The translations under genes and the position numbers were made by a program. From Parasitella parasitica NRRL 2501 (Eukaryota > Fungi > Mucoromycota), in the NCBI GenBank assembly GCA_025201805.1, contig MU619321.1, positions 62,001 to 126,000 on the forward strand: a stretch of 64,000 nucleotides of DNA, read 5' to 3'. This document shows positions 38,753 to 52,900 of this stretch, in pieces. The first letter of the stretch is position 1; each line of letters opens with the position of its first letter. The notes under the pieces are model-generated. The model was not told where the DNA came from and did no database searches. It saw nothing but the letters and a program-made list of their open reading frames with translations.

Positions 38753-39343
38753 ATGAGTGATAATGAGCGCACAGGGCCTAATGGTGATGATGAGCTCTCA
38801 CTTCCTAAAGGTAAATCAGTTACAAATCAGTGGCGTGATAGTATAATAATATTCCTTGATGCTTGTAGCTACTGTTCAAAAGTTAATAAATGAAATGATG
38901 CCAGATGATATTGTGTGCGCAAAAGATACACGCGATCTTTTAATTGATTGTTGTGTTGGTAATTGTTTGGATCATTGGAGCTTCTGAATTAGGTTTACTA
39001 ATACGTCGTAGAATTTATCCATTTAATTGCTTCTGAAGCAAATGAAATTTGCGAAAAAGAAACTAAGAAGACAATTGCAGGCGAGCATGTTGTAGCAGCA
39101 TTACAAGGGCTAGGCTTTGAAGAATACGTCGAAGAGGTGGATGATGTATTCAAAGAACACAAGAAACAACAAAAGGTATTTTTGGGATGCTACATAACAA
39201 GTGAATTAACGGACCACATATAGGACCGAGATAAGAAGAGTACAAGATTAGAAAACACTGGAATTTCAGAAGAAGAGTTACTACGACAACAAGAACTACT
39301 CTTTGCTCAATCACGTTTAAAATTCGAGGCTCAACAACAGTAA
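38753..39343 (+). CDS. NCB2: Negative cofactor 2 beta subunit (Dr1, histone fold), 4 exons
   Basis: Spliced DDELSLPKATVQKLINEMMP..CAKDTRDLLIDCCVEFIHLIASEANEICEKETKKTIAGEHVVAALQGLGFEEY...SEEELLRQQELLF. Absent from the ORF track. Confidence 0.95.
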
Positions 39344-39613
39344 TTCATAATACACTCATTTACCTTTTTGTACAGTTCCATCTACTAAACGATTCAAAAC
39401 ACATCTTCCAAAACTTCCTTTTTTCATGAAATCTGTGTTAATAAAGTTTCCTCTATACTACATCGAATCAATCACAAACCGAGAAAGCGCATCTTCCGAA
39501 TTCGCGCGCAGAGCGCGGCCGAGCCCAACTGTCAGCCATATATAAATTTATATAAAGAATAAGGTGAAATATATATATATATTTTTCTTTCTTTCTTTCT
39601 CTTTAAACTGCAC

Positions 39614-40578
39614 ATGTTACGCACAACAACAACTTTACTAAGGAAACCCGGCATTCTACGATGTTACTCTACAAATCCTATTCCATTCGATGAAAACCCA
39701 TTTCCGTTCTCTCGATTTGAACCATGTTGTCCTGATACCGAAGCAAAACAAGCTGAAAATGGGTATATACCTTGCAAAAGCCATCCTTTTCCAAAAGTGC
39801 TAGGAAGAAAGATTGATATGACAGACCCCATGACGAGGCCTGCTGGCATCCGACATTTGGTAGGATGTGTTGGAGCTGATGCAATGGAATGGACCCGTGC
39901 TAAAGTTGAAGCAATCCCTGGAATTATGCAATCGCTAATGACAACTGAAAATCAATGGCTCAAAGAAAACCGACCTCAAGTTCCCAGTGATAAAGTTGTC
40001 ATGGCAACCGTTGCTGAGAGACCTGGAAAATGCCACAGACCCGATGTAATGTTGTTTCCAGAATTCAAAATTTTTCAAGATATATCTTCAACAGATGGTG
40101 TGATTGATAGCGAGTCTCCATTGTACAATGCATTGAAATCGATATGGCAAAATCCTTACGTTTCGTTACCTCCACAGAAAGAATGGCTGGATATTGAGGC
40201 AGATACCGTCGTTTTTGTTTGCACACATGCTCGTCGAGATTTAAGATGTGGAAAATTGGGACCATTAATTGTGAATGAATTCAATCGGGTGATTCAAGAA
40301 AAGCAATTGCAAGGTAAAGTAGAAGTATGGGGTACAAGTCACTTTGGAGGTAAGGTCCAATGCATCTGTTGCAAGCGAGGGATATATACATTGATACTCT
40401 CAATTTGATAGGCCATAAATTTGCAGGTAATATTATCATTCACCAGCGAGGTCTAGGCGGCCATATTTATGGCAATGTTAGACAATGCCATGTTTCGGCC
40501 ATTGTAGACAGACATATTATACATGGAAAAGTGATTCAGGAAATTTGGCGAGGGCAAGTTACTCCTCCATCCATCTAA
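39614..40578 (+). CDS. Sucrase/ferredoxin-like thioredoxin-fold [2Fe-2S] protein (Aim32/Apd1 family), probably mitochondrial
   Basis: VFVCTHARRDLRCGKLGP and SHFGGHKFAGN..YG.V (split by one intron). Arg/Thr-rich presequence-like N-terminus. Confidence 0.9.
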
Positions 40579-40686
40579 TCCATGAATATATCACGTGTAC
40601 TTTAATGAAAATAAATAAACCCTTTTTGTTCTTCCAATTCTCTTTTTTTTTTTTCCTCTTTTTTCAAATTTAGTACATGCATCAAC

Positions 40687-42458
40687 ATGGTATCCATACA
40701 TCAAGAAAAACCACAACGACAGCAAAAAGATATTGCTCGCCTTTACACTACTCTACAAGCACTTGGCGACAGCAATGTGAATCCCGAAGCAAAATTTATT
40801 CCACTTCCACCTTCTCTTCCAATTTCACCTAGCCCATCTTCTCCTATCATAACCAACAAATCAAAACACTCTTCACTCCAACAACACCAAACAGATACCG
40901 ATATTGAAAAAACTGATATTTCTGATTGCCCATGCCAGCATATATTAAGACAAGATGATATCACCATGTGTTCACTTTGTAACAACCCTATTCCAATCAT
41001 ACAAGAGCTTTTAACGGAGAAAGTTCAGTACGAGAAGGAAATCGAATCTCTACAAGAGCAGCTGCACATCGAACAAAGGAACATTGAAGAGCAGTTAATC
41101 AAAATAGGTCAACTAAATACCCGTATAGAACAAGTGATGAGTGAACTCGATGGTCAAACTGCCAACTTTCAATCGTTACAAAACGACATGGAGATACTTA
41201 ATGATAAATACGTAGATGAAATTGAGCGAGTAGCAGAAATACAGCACTCAAAAGACATGGTGGAGAGCGAATTAGAAGATTTATCAAGAAGGTTATTTGA
41301 AGAAGCAAATGGCATGGTTGCAAATGAAAAACGTGAAAAATATAATTTGGAAATAGCTCAAAAACACTTGGAGAATCAGTTACAGGAGACAAGAGATCGT
41401 TTAGGAGCTGAACAGATGCAATTGAAGGAATTGAGGAAACGCATGGAGGATATGATGGAAGTCGAAAAGTCAGATATGGTAGTGCCTAAAACACCGGATC
41501 ACGTCAAGGACATTACAAGTCTTTTGGCTGAACGTATGACTCTGCACGAGCAAAAAAATGCACATATCGACGCTATGATGTTGGATGAATTTCAAGGGTT
41601 CGTAAAGACTGGTACTGCTGTCAGTCTAAAGAAAATCCACACGATACCTTTCATGAAAAGTTGCCAAGACGAAGATGTTGAAGCTTGTTTGAGATTTGGT
41701 CCAAACAGTAGATTATCGGCGCGGAAGATGAATGAAGCGATTGTCTTGAACACTTGTTTTATTGAGGAATCCCCTCAGGGGTTTGCTGAAGAGCAAGCTA
41801 AACGTGCTATTGGTGAGCTACCACTCAAAATCTCGGGTGCCAAATCGTTGATGTGGGAGAGATTTAGTAGTAATAATCAAGCGACCGTATTCAGTGGTTG
41901 TCAGGCCTGTGGAAGGAATGATGGAACCGCTTTACCTTACCGATTTAGGATATCTTATTTCGATGATTGGGCTTGTATTGATCGTTTTTGTCGAGATCGC
42001 TTGGTGGCTGTTTGCGAGTTTTATGTCTTGATTCGTAATATCAGGCAGGGATTATACAACAATAGAAGTATCTCTGATTTATATCATGAAGCTATGCGTT
42101 TGAGATTACAAATGTTCTATGCAAGGTAAATTTTATTGTTATAAAACAGTGCTTCCTCTCTTTAACAAATCATAATAGAATGGGTGCATTGCCTTGGACC
42201 CTGAGAACATCAGGTGTTGCAGAACAACAACCTAAAGTGGTCGCATCCGAATCGTCTCCCTTACCCAAATCAATAAAAAATGCTACAAATGAACAGGAAA
42301 CACGCAGAGGAAGTCTGAATGAGATTCATAATACTACAACAACCCCCAACACTGCTTCTACTTCAACGGCCGAAAAAGCTGATCAACAACTTGAACTTCC
42401 ATCACTAGCACCGCAGAATGAAGACATCATCACTGGTCAGATCACTACAAATCTTTGA
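40687..42458 (+). CDS. SEC2: Sec2/Rabin8-type Rab GEF, 2 exons
   Basis: Coiled coil with VESELEDLSRRLFEEANGMVANE, then EDVEACLRF and CRDRLVAVCEFY..IRNIRQGL...LRLQMFYARMGA. Confidence 0.92.
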
Positions 42459-42634
42459 GTAGCGCCTCTTGGTATTGTCAATGGTGAGTTATTATTACGC
42501 ACATTGAAGTATCCTCAAAGAACGAAGAAATAAGTGGGATGTTCATAAATATCTGTTTAATTAGCGCTATTGAAAAACACAAACCAGTAGTCATTGATTA
42601 AACAAGTTGTTGAGTAAAAGATAATATCTTCCTA

Positions 42635-42668
<34 letters not shown>

Positions 42669-42670
42669 AA

Positions 42671-42704
<34 letters not shown>

Positions 42705-43095
42705 TAATATCTTTTTAGATATGTGTTTATCGTATCCTGCAATTGAAGTGGACATTGTGATACAACTTTTCATATGCCATGCAAATGTATCATCTACTTT
42801 GAAACCATTCAACATCTCTTTAAACCATGATATGTGATATGATTCTTACGTTTGCATTGTATCAAATGTATAGCGATCATCTTACTTGTTTAGAGTGAAA
42901 TGTTATCAGATACAGCTCCTCAATGAGCCCCCCCCCATTGATCTCAAATTTAAAAGTTTTTAGCCTTTGTTTTTATCATTCTTCTTATATACCATTGGCA
43001 ATCCCTGATATAATTGTTTTTCGCCTTGGCATATGTGAAGAAAATGTAAAAACTAAAGTTTAATGAAATATATGATTTGCCTGTTATTAGGGTGT

Positions 43096-43158
43096 GTGTG
43101 GGTGGATGGGGGGGGGGGAGGGAGGACGAGGAGGAGGAGGAGGAGGAGGAGGAGGAGG
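43096..43158 (+). repeat. G-run plus (GGA)n microsatellite
   Basis: GTGTGGGTGGATG12 followed by about 10 GGA units. Confidence 0.85.
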
Positions 43159-43881
43159 AAAGAAAGTCTATCAGAAATACGATCCTGTAGGCCAAAGACG
43201 CAGTGATTGAGCAGAGACTGAAGGGGACTTGAAGAGGATGCTCCAGGAAAATACATGGTGCTCTGGGGGAACAAACCTCTATTAAAAGATAAAAGTTTAG
43301 ATAAAGTATTTAATTACTTGAGCAACGAAAATACCAAAGAGCAAGCCAAGAGCATCATTGTGCAGTGAAGGAGGTGCTTGATATACAAACTAACAGGGAG
43401 ATGTCTCTCCTCAAATTGCTGCTAATCATGTTCTGATATACCAAGTAGAATTAGCAGGAAAGGCTGTTTATCATAACAAGAAAACAAATTTGTGTAATCA
43501 AAAGGCATCTATTTCTGTAGATGGACTTTGATCTATGCGTCGCTCAGCGGAAATAAAGTGTATATCATAGAGCCCTGATCAAAGCCGTATCAGACAAGCA
43601 TAAAAACGCAAGACTTGTTCTGTAAGCTGGTGTTTTTTTTGAAGCCAGCTGTCTATGTATTATAGGCCATGTATTGGGAAATGGTATGTACCGGATGAGC
43701 TTGACTCCAGGGTATGATATTTATGCATGATTGATCTTGAATAATAAGTAGTGCATATAACGTGTGCATTGGGAACGTGTGTCGGGCCGACAGAAAATTT
43801 TTGCCTACAACTTTTGATTACAGTCTCCGTGAAGTATGGCAACCCTTTCTTATATACACAGCTTTTTGTCTTTTGCAAACC

Positions 43882-45303
43882 ATGGCTTGGGGAGGAAATG
43901 ATGGCGCTGTGGACCGTTGGGTCAAGCAGCTTGAAGAAAACGATAGAAAACTCGTTTCATTACACATTCTTAGCTTCCGTCGAATTTCCACAGTCGAGCT
44001 TGGCCGCATTTTCGATGCAATTAGCACCAACACAGTATTGCAAGATCTTTATGTTTCTGGCCATGCTCTCGATACAGCCTGCATGGATAAATTAAGCGAA
44101 GCATTGACATTAAACAATACGTTGCGCACACTCAACTTGGGGGACGCCAGTTTCGGGCTCAATGCAAATGTTTTTCGCTTGTTCTGTGAAGGCCTTGCTG
44201 CCAATGAAGGTTTGCAAAAGTTGGATTTGGAAAATAAGGGGCTCAGACATGCAACCATTTGTCTGCTAGCTGAGGCACTGAAAAAAAACAAGTACCTTGA
44301 AGCGTTAAATGCATCGAGAAATGACTTGGATGACAAGGCTGTTGAAATTTTGGCGCCTTGTCTGACAAACCTGAAAAAGGTCAATTTGGCAATCAACAAT
44401 ATCGGTACTGCTGGTGCCGAGACCATTGCAAAGGAAGTGTTGGGTCCTCAGAGCCACGTTGAAGAATTGGAATTATCTGATAATCCGCTACTGGAAGGCG
44501 CAAGTGTGTTGGCATCTGCGTTGAAGAACAACCATCAATTGCGCGTACTCAAGATGGTTGATGTGGTTAGTAAAGAGCAAGATTTAAGTAGTCTGCCCCC
44601 TCCAGCTTTGGGTAGTACTGATCAAGGCGGTAACGTGGACGACGAAGAAGAACAGAAAAAGAAAAGGAACTCTGATAAAACCCGTACTTTACATGGCAAC
44701 GAATTGGCCCATTCTATCGGTCAGGCGTTAGACACAAACACTACTTTAACCTGTCTCTGGTTGGATAACAATGCTATTGAATCTAGCGCACTAGATCATC
44801 TCGCCACCAACTTGGGCAAATGTGGTCTTTTGGAGCTTAAATTGCGTCAAAACCGCCTTGAAGATGAGGCAGCGTTGTTATTAGCAAATGCAATCGATGG
44901 ATTACAATATTTGGAACTGGGCGAAAACAGAATCAGTGCTAAGGGATTTGGCCTTTTGTTAGACACCAAATTGGATTATTTGGGACTATTTAGCAATACT
45001 GTGGGTGGATTCGGGTCAGATCCAAGCCTGCTGCCACAGTTACTCTCGAGTAAGATAAGTCGATTGGACATTGGGTGTAACGGTATTATCCATCAAGATG
45101 TGGAAGCTATGGTGCAAGTCTTGATAAATAAGGGGGTACCTGAACTAAGGCTTCTTGAAATGGGAGGAAATGTCGAAGATAAGGAAGTTGAGCAATGGGA
45201 AAGCACCCTGAATAGGCTTTTGTCCGAGAGAGACAAGGTGGAGGTTATTTGGAAGAGAAAGCCTAGTGAAATGGATGCTTCTCGTCCACCACCAATGCTG
45301 TAA
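43882..45303 (+). CDS. RNI-like leucine-rich repeat protein, intronless
   Basis: Repeated ~28-aa units (LAEALKKNKYLEALNASRNDL, ALDTNTTLTCLWLDNNAI, LELKLRQNRLEDEAA). The likely start is MAWGG at 43882. Confidence 0.88.
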   Translation: MAWGGNDGAVDRWVKQLEENDRKLVSLHILSFRRISTVELGRIFDAISTNTVLQDLYVSGHALDTACMDKLSEALTLNNTLRTLNLGDASFGLNANVFRLFCEGLAANEGLQKLDLENKGLRHATICLLAEALKKNKYLEALNASRNDLDDKAVEILAPCLTNLKKVNLAINNIGTAGAETIAKEVLGPQSHVEELELSDNPLLEGASVLASALKNNHQLRVLKMVDVVSKEQDLSSLPPPALGSTDQGGNVDDEEEQKKKRNSDKTRTLHGNELAHSIGQALDTNTTLTCLWLDNNAIESSALDHLATNLGKCGLLELKLRQNRLEDEAALLLANAIDGLQYLELGENRISAKGFGLLLDTKLDYLGLFSNTVGGFGSDPSLLPQLLSSKISRLDIGCNGIIHQDVEAMVQVLINKGVPELRLLEMGGNVEDKEVEQWESTLNRLLSERDKVEVIWKRKPSEMDASRPPPML

Positions 45304-45587
45304 CTATAGTCTTTTTCAAACTATATAGTCTTATCATTTGTTTGTTACCTTTTATAGTAGTAGTGTATGGCAGTTATCCTCCTTGGTGTTTGATTTAATT
45401 GAATAAAGCTGCATGATTTGGGCTATCTCGTTGTTGCTGGCTAATCTATTTTGTGCAGCAGCCTCTCTGGGTTATCAGTTGGAAATGCTTTGTATAGCAA
45501 ATGCAGAAAACAACAGTCGTTTTCCGAATACAAAAAAGAGCGTTTTCTTTTTTTCTTTTTTCATAATACAAGAATCAAAAAATTCTC

Positions 45588-47235
45588 ATGCGATTCATCA
45601 AAATATCGTTTCATCGATTTAGACAATATTTTACGCTACATGAGGTACGTGTGTTGTAAATACTTCAATTGCAAGGAGCTACAATATGCTAGCATTGATC
45701 AGATATCTGGCAGCTTGGGTGATTTAGGCACGCTTTTACCTATCATGATGTCCTTGGCCATCTCGGGCCAAATCAATCTGACAAGCACACTTTGGTTTAC
45801 TGGGATTTGGAACATTCTGTCAGGCTTCATGTTCCAGGTACCCGTATGCGTTCAGCCGATGAAAGGTAGATGTATACAAGTAGATCTTATGTATAAAAAA
45901 AAAATAATCTCTATTTACACGCACATAGCCATTGCGGCTGTCGTTTTGACAAAAAACATGCCCATCCAAGAAAACATGGCTGCTGGCCTCAGTGTGGCTG
46001 TACTTATTACATTTCTCGGCATAACTCGTACAATCCACCTAGTAGGTACCTTCACCCCTCCAGCAATTGTTAAAGGTATTTATATGTAAAGATTCATCAT
46101 CATATGGTCTCATCTTGTGACACCTAATGTACAACATGTAGGACTGCAGCTAGGCACAGCAGTGCAATTGATCATCAAGGCGCACAATCTCATTCCCAAA
46201 CTGCAATGGAAAATAACAGCAGAAAACTGGTCTGATAACAACACTTGGGTTCTCTTGAGCTTCCTGTTTGTAGTAGCTTGTTACCGAACAAAAATCCCTT
46301 CTGCCCTGGTCCTGTTCCTGATTGGGTTGATTTTTGCTCTCGTCTTGATGTTTGCAGAAAGACGAAATGTCCCACATCCTAGTGTAGGCGGAGGCCATTA
46401 TCCAGACACCATCATCGTACCTACGCCCGAGCAATTCAAAAACGGCTTTTTAAACGCTGGCTTGGGTCAACTGCCACTTACCGCTTTGAACTCTGTCGTT
46501 GCGCTATGTGCTCTTATCGACGAACTGTTTCCAAACTATCACGCTAGAACTTCTCACGTAGCCGTGAGTGTGGGGATCATGAATCTAATCGGTTGTTGGT
46601 TTGGTGCAATGCCTGTTTGTCATGGCTCTGGTGGTCTTGCTGGTCAGTACCGCTTCGGCGCTCGTTCGGAGGTCTCTGTCATCCTGTTGGGTGCTTCCAA
46701 GCTAATGCTGGGTATCTTGTTTGGTGGTTCATTGGTTGGCTTGCTGCAAGTCTTTCCAACATCAATCTTGGCCGTCATGTTGTTCATCTCGGGTATTGAG
46801 TTGGGCTGTGCCGCTAGATCCGTCAATGATCTGGCAGATGATGACTATAGAAAGAGAGAGAACTTTACGATAATGCTTTTGACTGCTGGTTCTTTGATTG
46901 CTTACTCAAATGATGGTATTGGGTTTTGTGTCGGTCTTGTGTCGGCAACACTATTATCTATGCAACGCTTAGGCTTGAGAGACTGGTTCAAACACACTTC
47001 GGAGGGATTCAAGTCTGTGCCACGAGTATGGAGGGATCAAAATTTTGCATCACTCACTTTGCCGGTTGCCAATACAGCAGTAGAAAATAACCAGAGTGGA
47101 GAAGAAAGAATTATCATAGTCAGCGACGCAAGTAAGCCTCATAACTACAATGCCCAACTAAAATCTTTTGCTACTACTACTACTACTACTACTACTAGCA
47201 CAAATGCCACCACTGATGATCATGTCAAAAAATAA
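45588..47235 (+). CDS. MOT1-family molybdate transporter (sulfate-transporter-like), 4 exons
   Basis: EISGSLGDLGTLLP, PVCVQPMKAIAAV, VKGLQLG, GQLPLTALNSVVA, GAMPVCHGSGGLAGQYRFGARS. Confidence 0.92.
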
Positions 47236-47281
47236 TATACCAATTTCCATAATATAATAAAGCGGTTTTAATATGTGCATA

Positions 47282-49770
47282 TTACAGTGCAAATGAGAAA
47301 ATGGCTTCCATGTCCTCTACTGTTCTAGGCAAAACAAGGTCAGGATTATCATACCCGTTCTTTGGGTCCCTTATAGCCTTGTCTATATCACGATAGGTAT
47401 CTAGTAACAATTGGATAGCGCTTGACTGAACCCGCTGATAGTGCAGTGTTGAAGAAAGCTTCTCCAATTGAGGCGATATATCTGCACTATTCAAAACCAG
47501 GAAAGAGTCAAACTCGGACATGGCCTGTGTAAGAGTCTCGGCATCCATGTGAAGCAGTGTGGATAGAGGCGTCTATTAGTAGTTGGTTGACATGTATTAA
47601 TATATATATATTTATATACATTTAATGTGGGTCATTTGCATATCTGTTGCATGTACTTTACGTTTTTATCCTTGGCTACCAGTGCTTCTTTGATTTGTGT
47701 TAGTCCAGCTTGCTCTATCAGCTTTTTGTATTCTTCTTGCGCCATGTCAGTCAGCAGGTCATTTATGCGTGCCGCTATATTCTCTCGTTTCTGTCTGGTA
47801 AAGTCGTATGGAATCAAAACAGTTTGTATATGATGTAGACAATTGACCATATAGATGTCACGATCTATTTTGTTGAGTCCAGCTACAGATAGCTCACATG
47901 TATTCAACAGCGGCTCTATGATTGCATCTAATGTCTCTGAAAAGTCGAATTCAGGAAATCCTCCCGTGCTATTTGTTGCGACTACAAGTGACGAATCATA
48001 CGATGCGAGGATTTCTTTCTATACTGTAGAATGAGCACAATATAATCCGCACGCAGCTGCCATTCAACGTACCAACTGAATTGCCATATCTCGTACGGTA
48101 GGAGCAATCGACAGACTTCTGTTGGGTGTCTAGGGCGAAATCCTGTGAATGAATGTACCTACCACCGTGAATTATTGTAAAATTACCTCTGCTGATTGCG
48201 TCAATCTATCTGCTTGGGCATTTAACGTCTTGAAAAAGTACCTGTATGCAAGTTCTGTCACCCTACATCAGCATTAGCCATTGAAGCCTCTGCTCGAAAA
48301 TAGCCTTACTCGTATAAAACCCTTTCCAGCGTGGCATTCCTTCGCATCAATTTGCTCAAGGTCATTGTGTAAAATTGTATTAGATTTGCTACTTTATACG
48401 ACGTTATTGCGCCAGGCTGAAGCACAAGCACTTGCTCCATTCGAGACTTTAGTGGTCTACACGTGCCTTCCATGGCACAGTCTAACAAATCGCCTATTGT
48501 GTCGGCCACCTTGACTGTAATGCCACTAGTATTCTCGTATTTCTCTAAATTTCGTTGAAACAAACTCTCTAGCATTTCCTTTTCTGATGCGCATGCCTGA
48601 TGCACCCAAGCTAGCATGTCTCCAACGTATCTCAATGGATCTGGTGCTTGAAGTTCTATAGGGCGAGGCGTGCCTCCAGGGCCACCTTTTGTAAGTGCAT
48701 TTAAAAAGGCCCTAGCAACGGCATCATGGCGAGCGGATGCAATTTGATCGAGAATAGTCCTGCAATGCTCTATCAATACGTTTCCATAACGACCAACCTG
48801 GCTTGTAAACTTACTGAAACAAAACAGGCCGCAGCAGCAACGCTCTTAGTGCCTTTGTTATGAGTGAGCTTACATCAATACTGTCGCCACCAAACGCCGT
48901 CCTACTCTCGTATTGCGTCCATTTGTATAGTTTGTCGTATGCGTTTTCTTGGTACAGTGCCATCAATTCCATGATCTCACGGCTATAAAAAAAAAAAAAT
49001 AGCGTCGGGCTCAGGGCTTTACTGCCATCTCTTTTAAAGCAAAACTTACCCAGCGGTTTGATTCTTTGTCGTCAACAGTAACTGGCAGTCGCTGTGAATC
49101 TGCTGCAAATGCTGCAATGCGTCAAAGAACTCATCATCTACAGGCTCGGATATGTTGCCAAGGGTTTTGATCTCCTGCTCGCTCAATGTAAACTTTGTCA
49201 AGAACCTATCCACTACGGCAATCTGCACTGAACAAGCATTACTGTATTATTTTGCACCATGTCAGCTTCCTCGGCATGGTATCAAAAAATGTTTCCATGT
49301 CTTTACCTGCGTTCTTGCATGACGTCTGCTTGTTCAACCATGTCTACCGTCTGTGATTCTGCCTTCACAATACGCTGCTTCATGTCTTTACACACACTTT
49401 CCATTTGGGCCATTTGAGTCTCAAGACATTCGAATTGCTGGTGTGTATACCACTTAATAGAGCAGCCCTCATTGCAGCGTGTTTCAGAGGATTACCTTAC
49501 CTTTACTACTTTTTCAAATGCAAGCAAAAACTTTCTGTTGGTCTCAATCTCCTTCTTTTCAATAGTGCCTCGTAGATTGCGTCGAAGGCTGGTTTCGTCC
49601 AGGTCGGGTATGTCGGATAGCGAGGTGAGTGCAGCCTTTATGCGGGCATCTTCTGTGGCAGACGAGTTGAGCACTTTGGTTAGCTTGGCTGCTAGCGGCT
49701 TGTTGGGCCTGTTTGAGATGGATAAAGACGGCGAATCTAGTGCAGATGTCGGTGGAGGTATCTGCGCCAT
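47282..49770 (-). CDS. COG6: Conserved oligomeric Golgi complex subunit 6, multi-exon
   Basis: RRNLRGTIEK, FTLSEQE..L, FFDAL, FLNALTKGGPGGTPRPIELQAPDPLRYVGDMLAWVHQA..SEKE.LE.LF, RPLKSRMEQVL. Confidence 0.95.
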
Positions 49771-49975
49771 GCTATTATTGCTGAGGAAAGAAGGACGATT
49801 AAACGCGCAAATACCAAATACTCATAATGCATTTTGAAAGGGCGTTTTACCTCCAAAATGCCCCCCTATAAAACAGGGCTTGTGACGCCAAACTTGGCTT
49901 TACTTTACTTTCCTTTTCTTTTGCTTGTTCATTTTCTTTTTTCTATTTCTTTTCACGCAAGCAAACAACCAAGAC

Positions 49976-52900
49976 ATGACTGACTTAGCATCGAGATTGC
50001 TGCTACAGCTCAAAGATTACGCCACCTGTGATGATGATCTTGCAGTCAAAATCAGAAAGACCGTGCTGGAACCGTTCCAAGTAGACGTAGCACGACTAGA
50101 CAGCGTTCGGAAACCACCACCTACACCTGCTCGCTTCAAGCAAATGGCCACCCAATTGGCCCCCATTGCCATGCGAATTGTCAACCAGAACATTGAAGCC
50201 CTTGTCGACTTGAAACGAGCAAAAACCGCAAACTACACCATCGCAGTGAATTGCCTCGTCGACACCTCGTTTTACGCTCTATCCGCATTGCGCCACATGA
50301 ACAGCTTTACTGCCTTGAAGCCTCTGGACATTGAAAAGACAACGTCAAATTTAATCTGCAAAATGGTCGAGCTGGGAGAGGTAGTGTACGCATATCCGCA
50401 CGCAATGTCGCTTTACTGAAACGCTCTCTAGTACAATAGAGCTTTGGACGAGCTTTTAAAGTTTCGCTCCCTGTTAGCAAGTGTGGCCAAAGTCGAGCTC
50501 AACACTGCATCAAAATCAAACGATAAATCCCCATGTTTGACAAAGCCCTTGGTGCCTCTCAAGGGTGTATTGACAGAGACATTCAACAACCAACCCGCAG
50601 CCAGGCAAAATATTGCACCCGAACCCATCATCAAAAATCAGTGGGAGGATGACATGTTGAACAACTATGCAGACCTATTCCAGTTCCCCGTAAAGCCCAG
50701 CATCAGCGATCGTACTATGGTTTTGTTGATCTTGGCCTATCAAATGAATGCAATTAGATGTTGGAGCGAACTACAAGATGGCGCATTGGCAAAGGTACGG
50801 CTGTTTATCACTTTGTTGTTTTTGTTTTTGTGGTCCAAAATTAACCTCTGTTGCTGCTGTGTAGTATCTACCTTACTTTATGGAGAGAGCTGGGAATTTC
50901 TTTGACTGGTGCCAGCACCTGCTCGAAATTGATTCCCCAACGGCTAAAAAGCAGTTGGACACGCTACAGCGGTTATTGTACAAGGTCGCCAACAAGTTTC
51001 CGTTAACAGGTAAGAAGCCAAATGCAAGCATTGTGGGGAGTGGGGGGGAGGGGCTTCATCTGTATGCTTACATTGCTTGGTAGAAGAAGCAGCCTACCAT
51101 TCTCATAGTATCCAGGCAGTTGCACTGAGAGCCTTGACCATGTCGGGCTCTGTTCCGTTGAAATTAGTGCTGGAACGTATGGTTCGAATAGGCATAACTT
51201 ATGAGAAATCAACCAAACAAAGTAAGTGGTACATTTTTGGCTGAATATCAGCTACTAAAGGGGGGCGGGTATGCAGCATCTTATAGCCACCTCCAAAAAT
51301 GTTGCAACGAGTTCTTGCAAAATGCACAGCCCAACATCGACAATTTATCAGAGATGGACTCGTATTTTGTACTTTGTGAATATTCCGCCTACGTGTCTAG
51401 AAAAGCGAAAAGCTACAAGGGCGCATTCTATGCTTACAAATACATGATCCGACCGTTACGAGACATCATCGAGAGCAAATCATGCAACTACTATTATGCT
51501 GCTTATGCTGCCAATGCAAAGCTAGCTCTGGGATCTGTGCAAATGGACAAGATGGTTTTGGACGACACATGTATAGTATTGCATCTTTCACGCCCTATTT
51601 ATAAATACTAAATAACAGCGTCTGCTAGTTGCTGATATCACTACTACACTGAACGAATCAATGGCATGTCTTGGTCTAATATCATTATCAACGGTAGAAA
51701 ATCAGACCCAAGATGGCCATTGCGAGCAGGCTCTATACAATTTGTGCAAGAGTATAGAAGGGTTCCGTCTCAGCTGCAAACGACTGTTTGAATTCATCTC
51801 TGAAAAGACAAAAGAAGCCCTCCAACTTGAAAATGAGCCTTTCAAGACGCCCCCTCGGCAAGAAGACCTTGTCACCCCAACTGACTTTGGGCAGTGGAAC
51901 TCTATTGTCACTTGCATAAACGACGTTCTCCAACGATGCAGCGAGACATTACTCACAAACCTCTGCGCTGCTAAAAAGACATGCCGCACCAAACGAACCG
52001 CAACACAAGACGATATTATGACCTCTTTGGTTGACATCATGGTTTTGCTGGCACGCATGCAATTCAGCATCAAGGACGAGGATAGTTTCTCGCAAGCCTA
52101 CGAGTATCTATCGACTGCAGAACAAATGTGTGCTGAAAAGGAATTCACTAGCGGATACCGGTGGCTATCTGGCTCCTACTACAATCTTGGCACTGCTATG
52201 ATCAAGGCCGAAATGTATTCGCAAGCAATCTACCCCATGCGTAAATCAAGCTCTACGTTGGAAAAGGATACTGAACGAGCCAATTCGGATGAAGGACGGC
52301 TTCAGTTGTGCAAACGGTATGAAATTTTGGGTATTTGCTGCCAAAAGACCAAACGCTTTGACGACGCCATCTCTGCGTTCCGTCTTGCGCTCAAGCGTAT
52401 CCCTGCTTCTGAAATCAAGAGATTTGTAAACAACGCCGATACAACCGCTGTCTCAACTGTCATGGAGCAAGATTCTCTTATACCCAAACTGATAGATCGT
52501 TTTCTCAGAGCGTCTGTCATTGACCCAGAACAAGAAAGCATCCATTTTGCAAGCGAATACATCAATCTGTCTGCCTTGGATCCGATCCAGAAATGCTTTG
52601 TCTATGAATGCGAGCTAAAGGTCTGGCATTTGCTCTCTCTGAAGATGAAGCTGTACAAGTATGAGTTGTTCATTATCGAGAGGCTGTTGCAAATGTACAA
52701 TGCAACCAAGTACCCAATTCGCAGGGCAAGGTAAGACGCCGACTAAAGATTACTCAATAGAAGCTAAAACACACTTGCGCTAGAGTGCTTTTGAGTCGAG
52801 TTCGAATTGAGAGAAACAAGCCCGCAGACAGAGACGAATGTACAAAAGCAGCATTGGCTTGTGCCAAGGAAGCAAACAGTCTGCTCAAAGTCCAAGACTA

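Noticed and set aside
42950-43274. Poly-Ser and poly-Leu ORFs
   Set aside because: They are translations of the GGA microsatellite.
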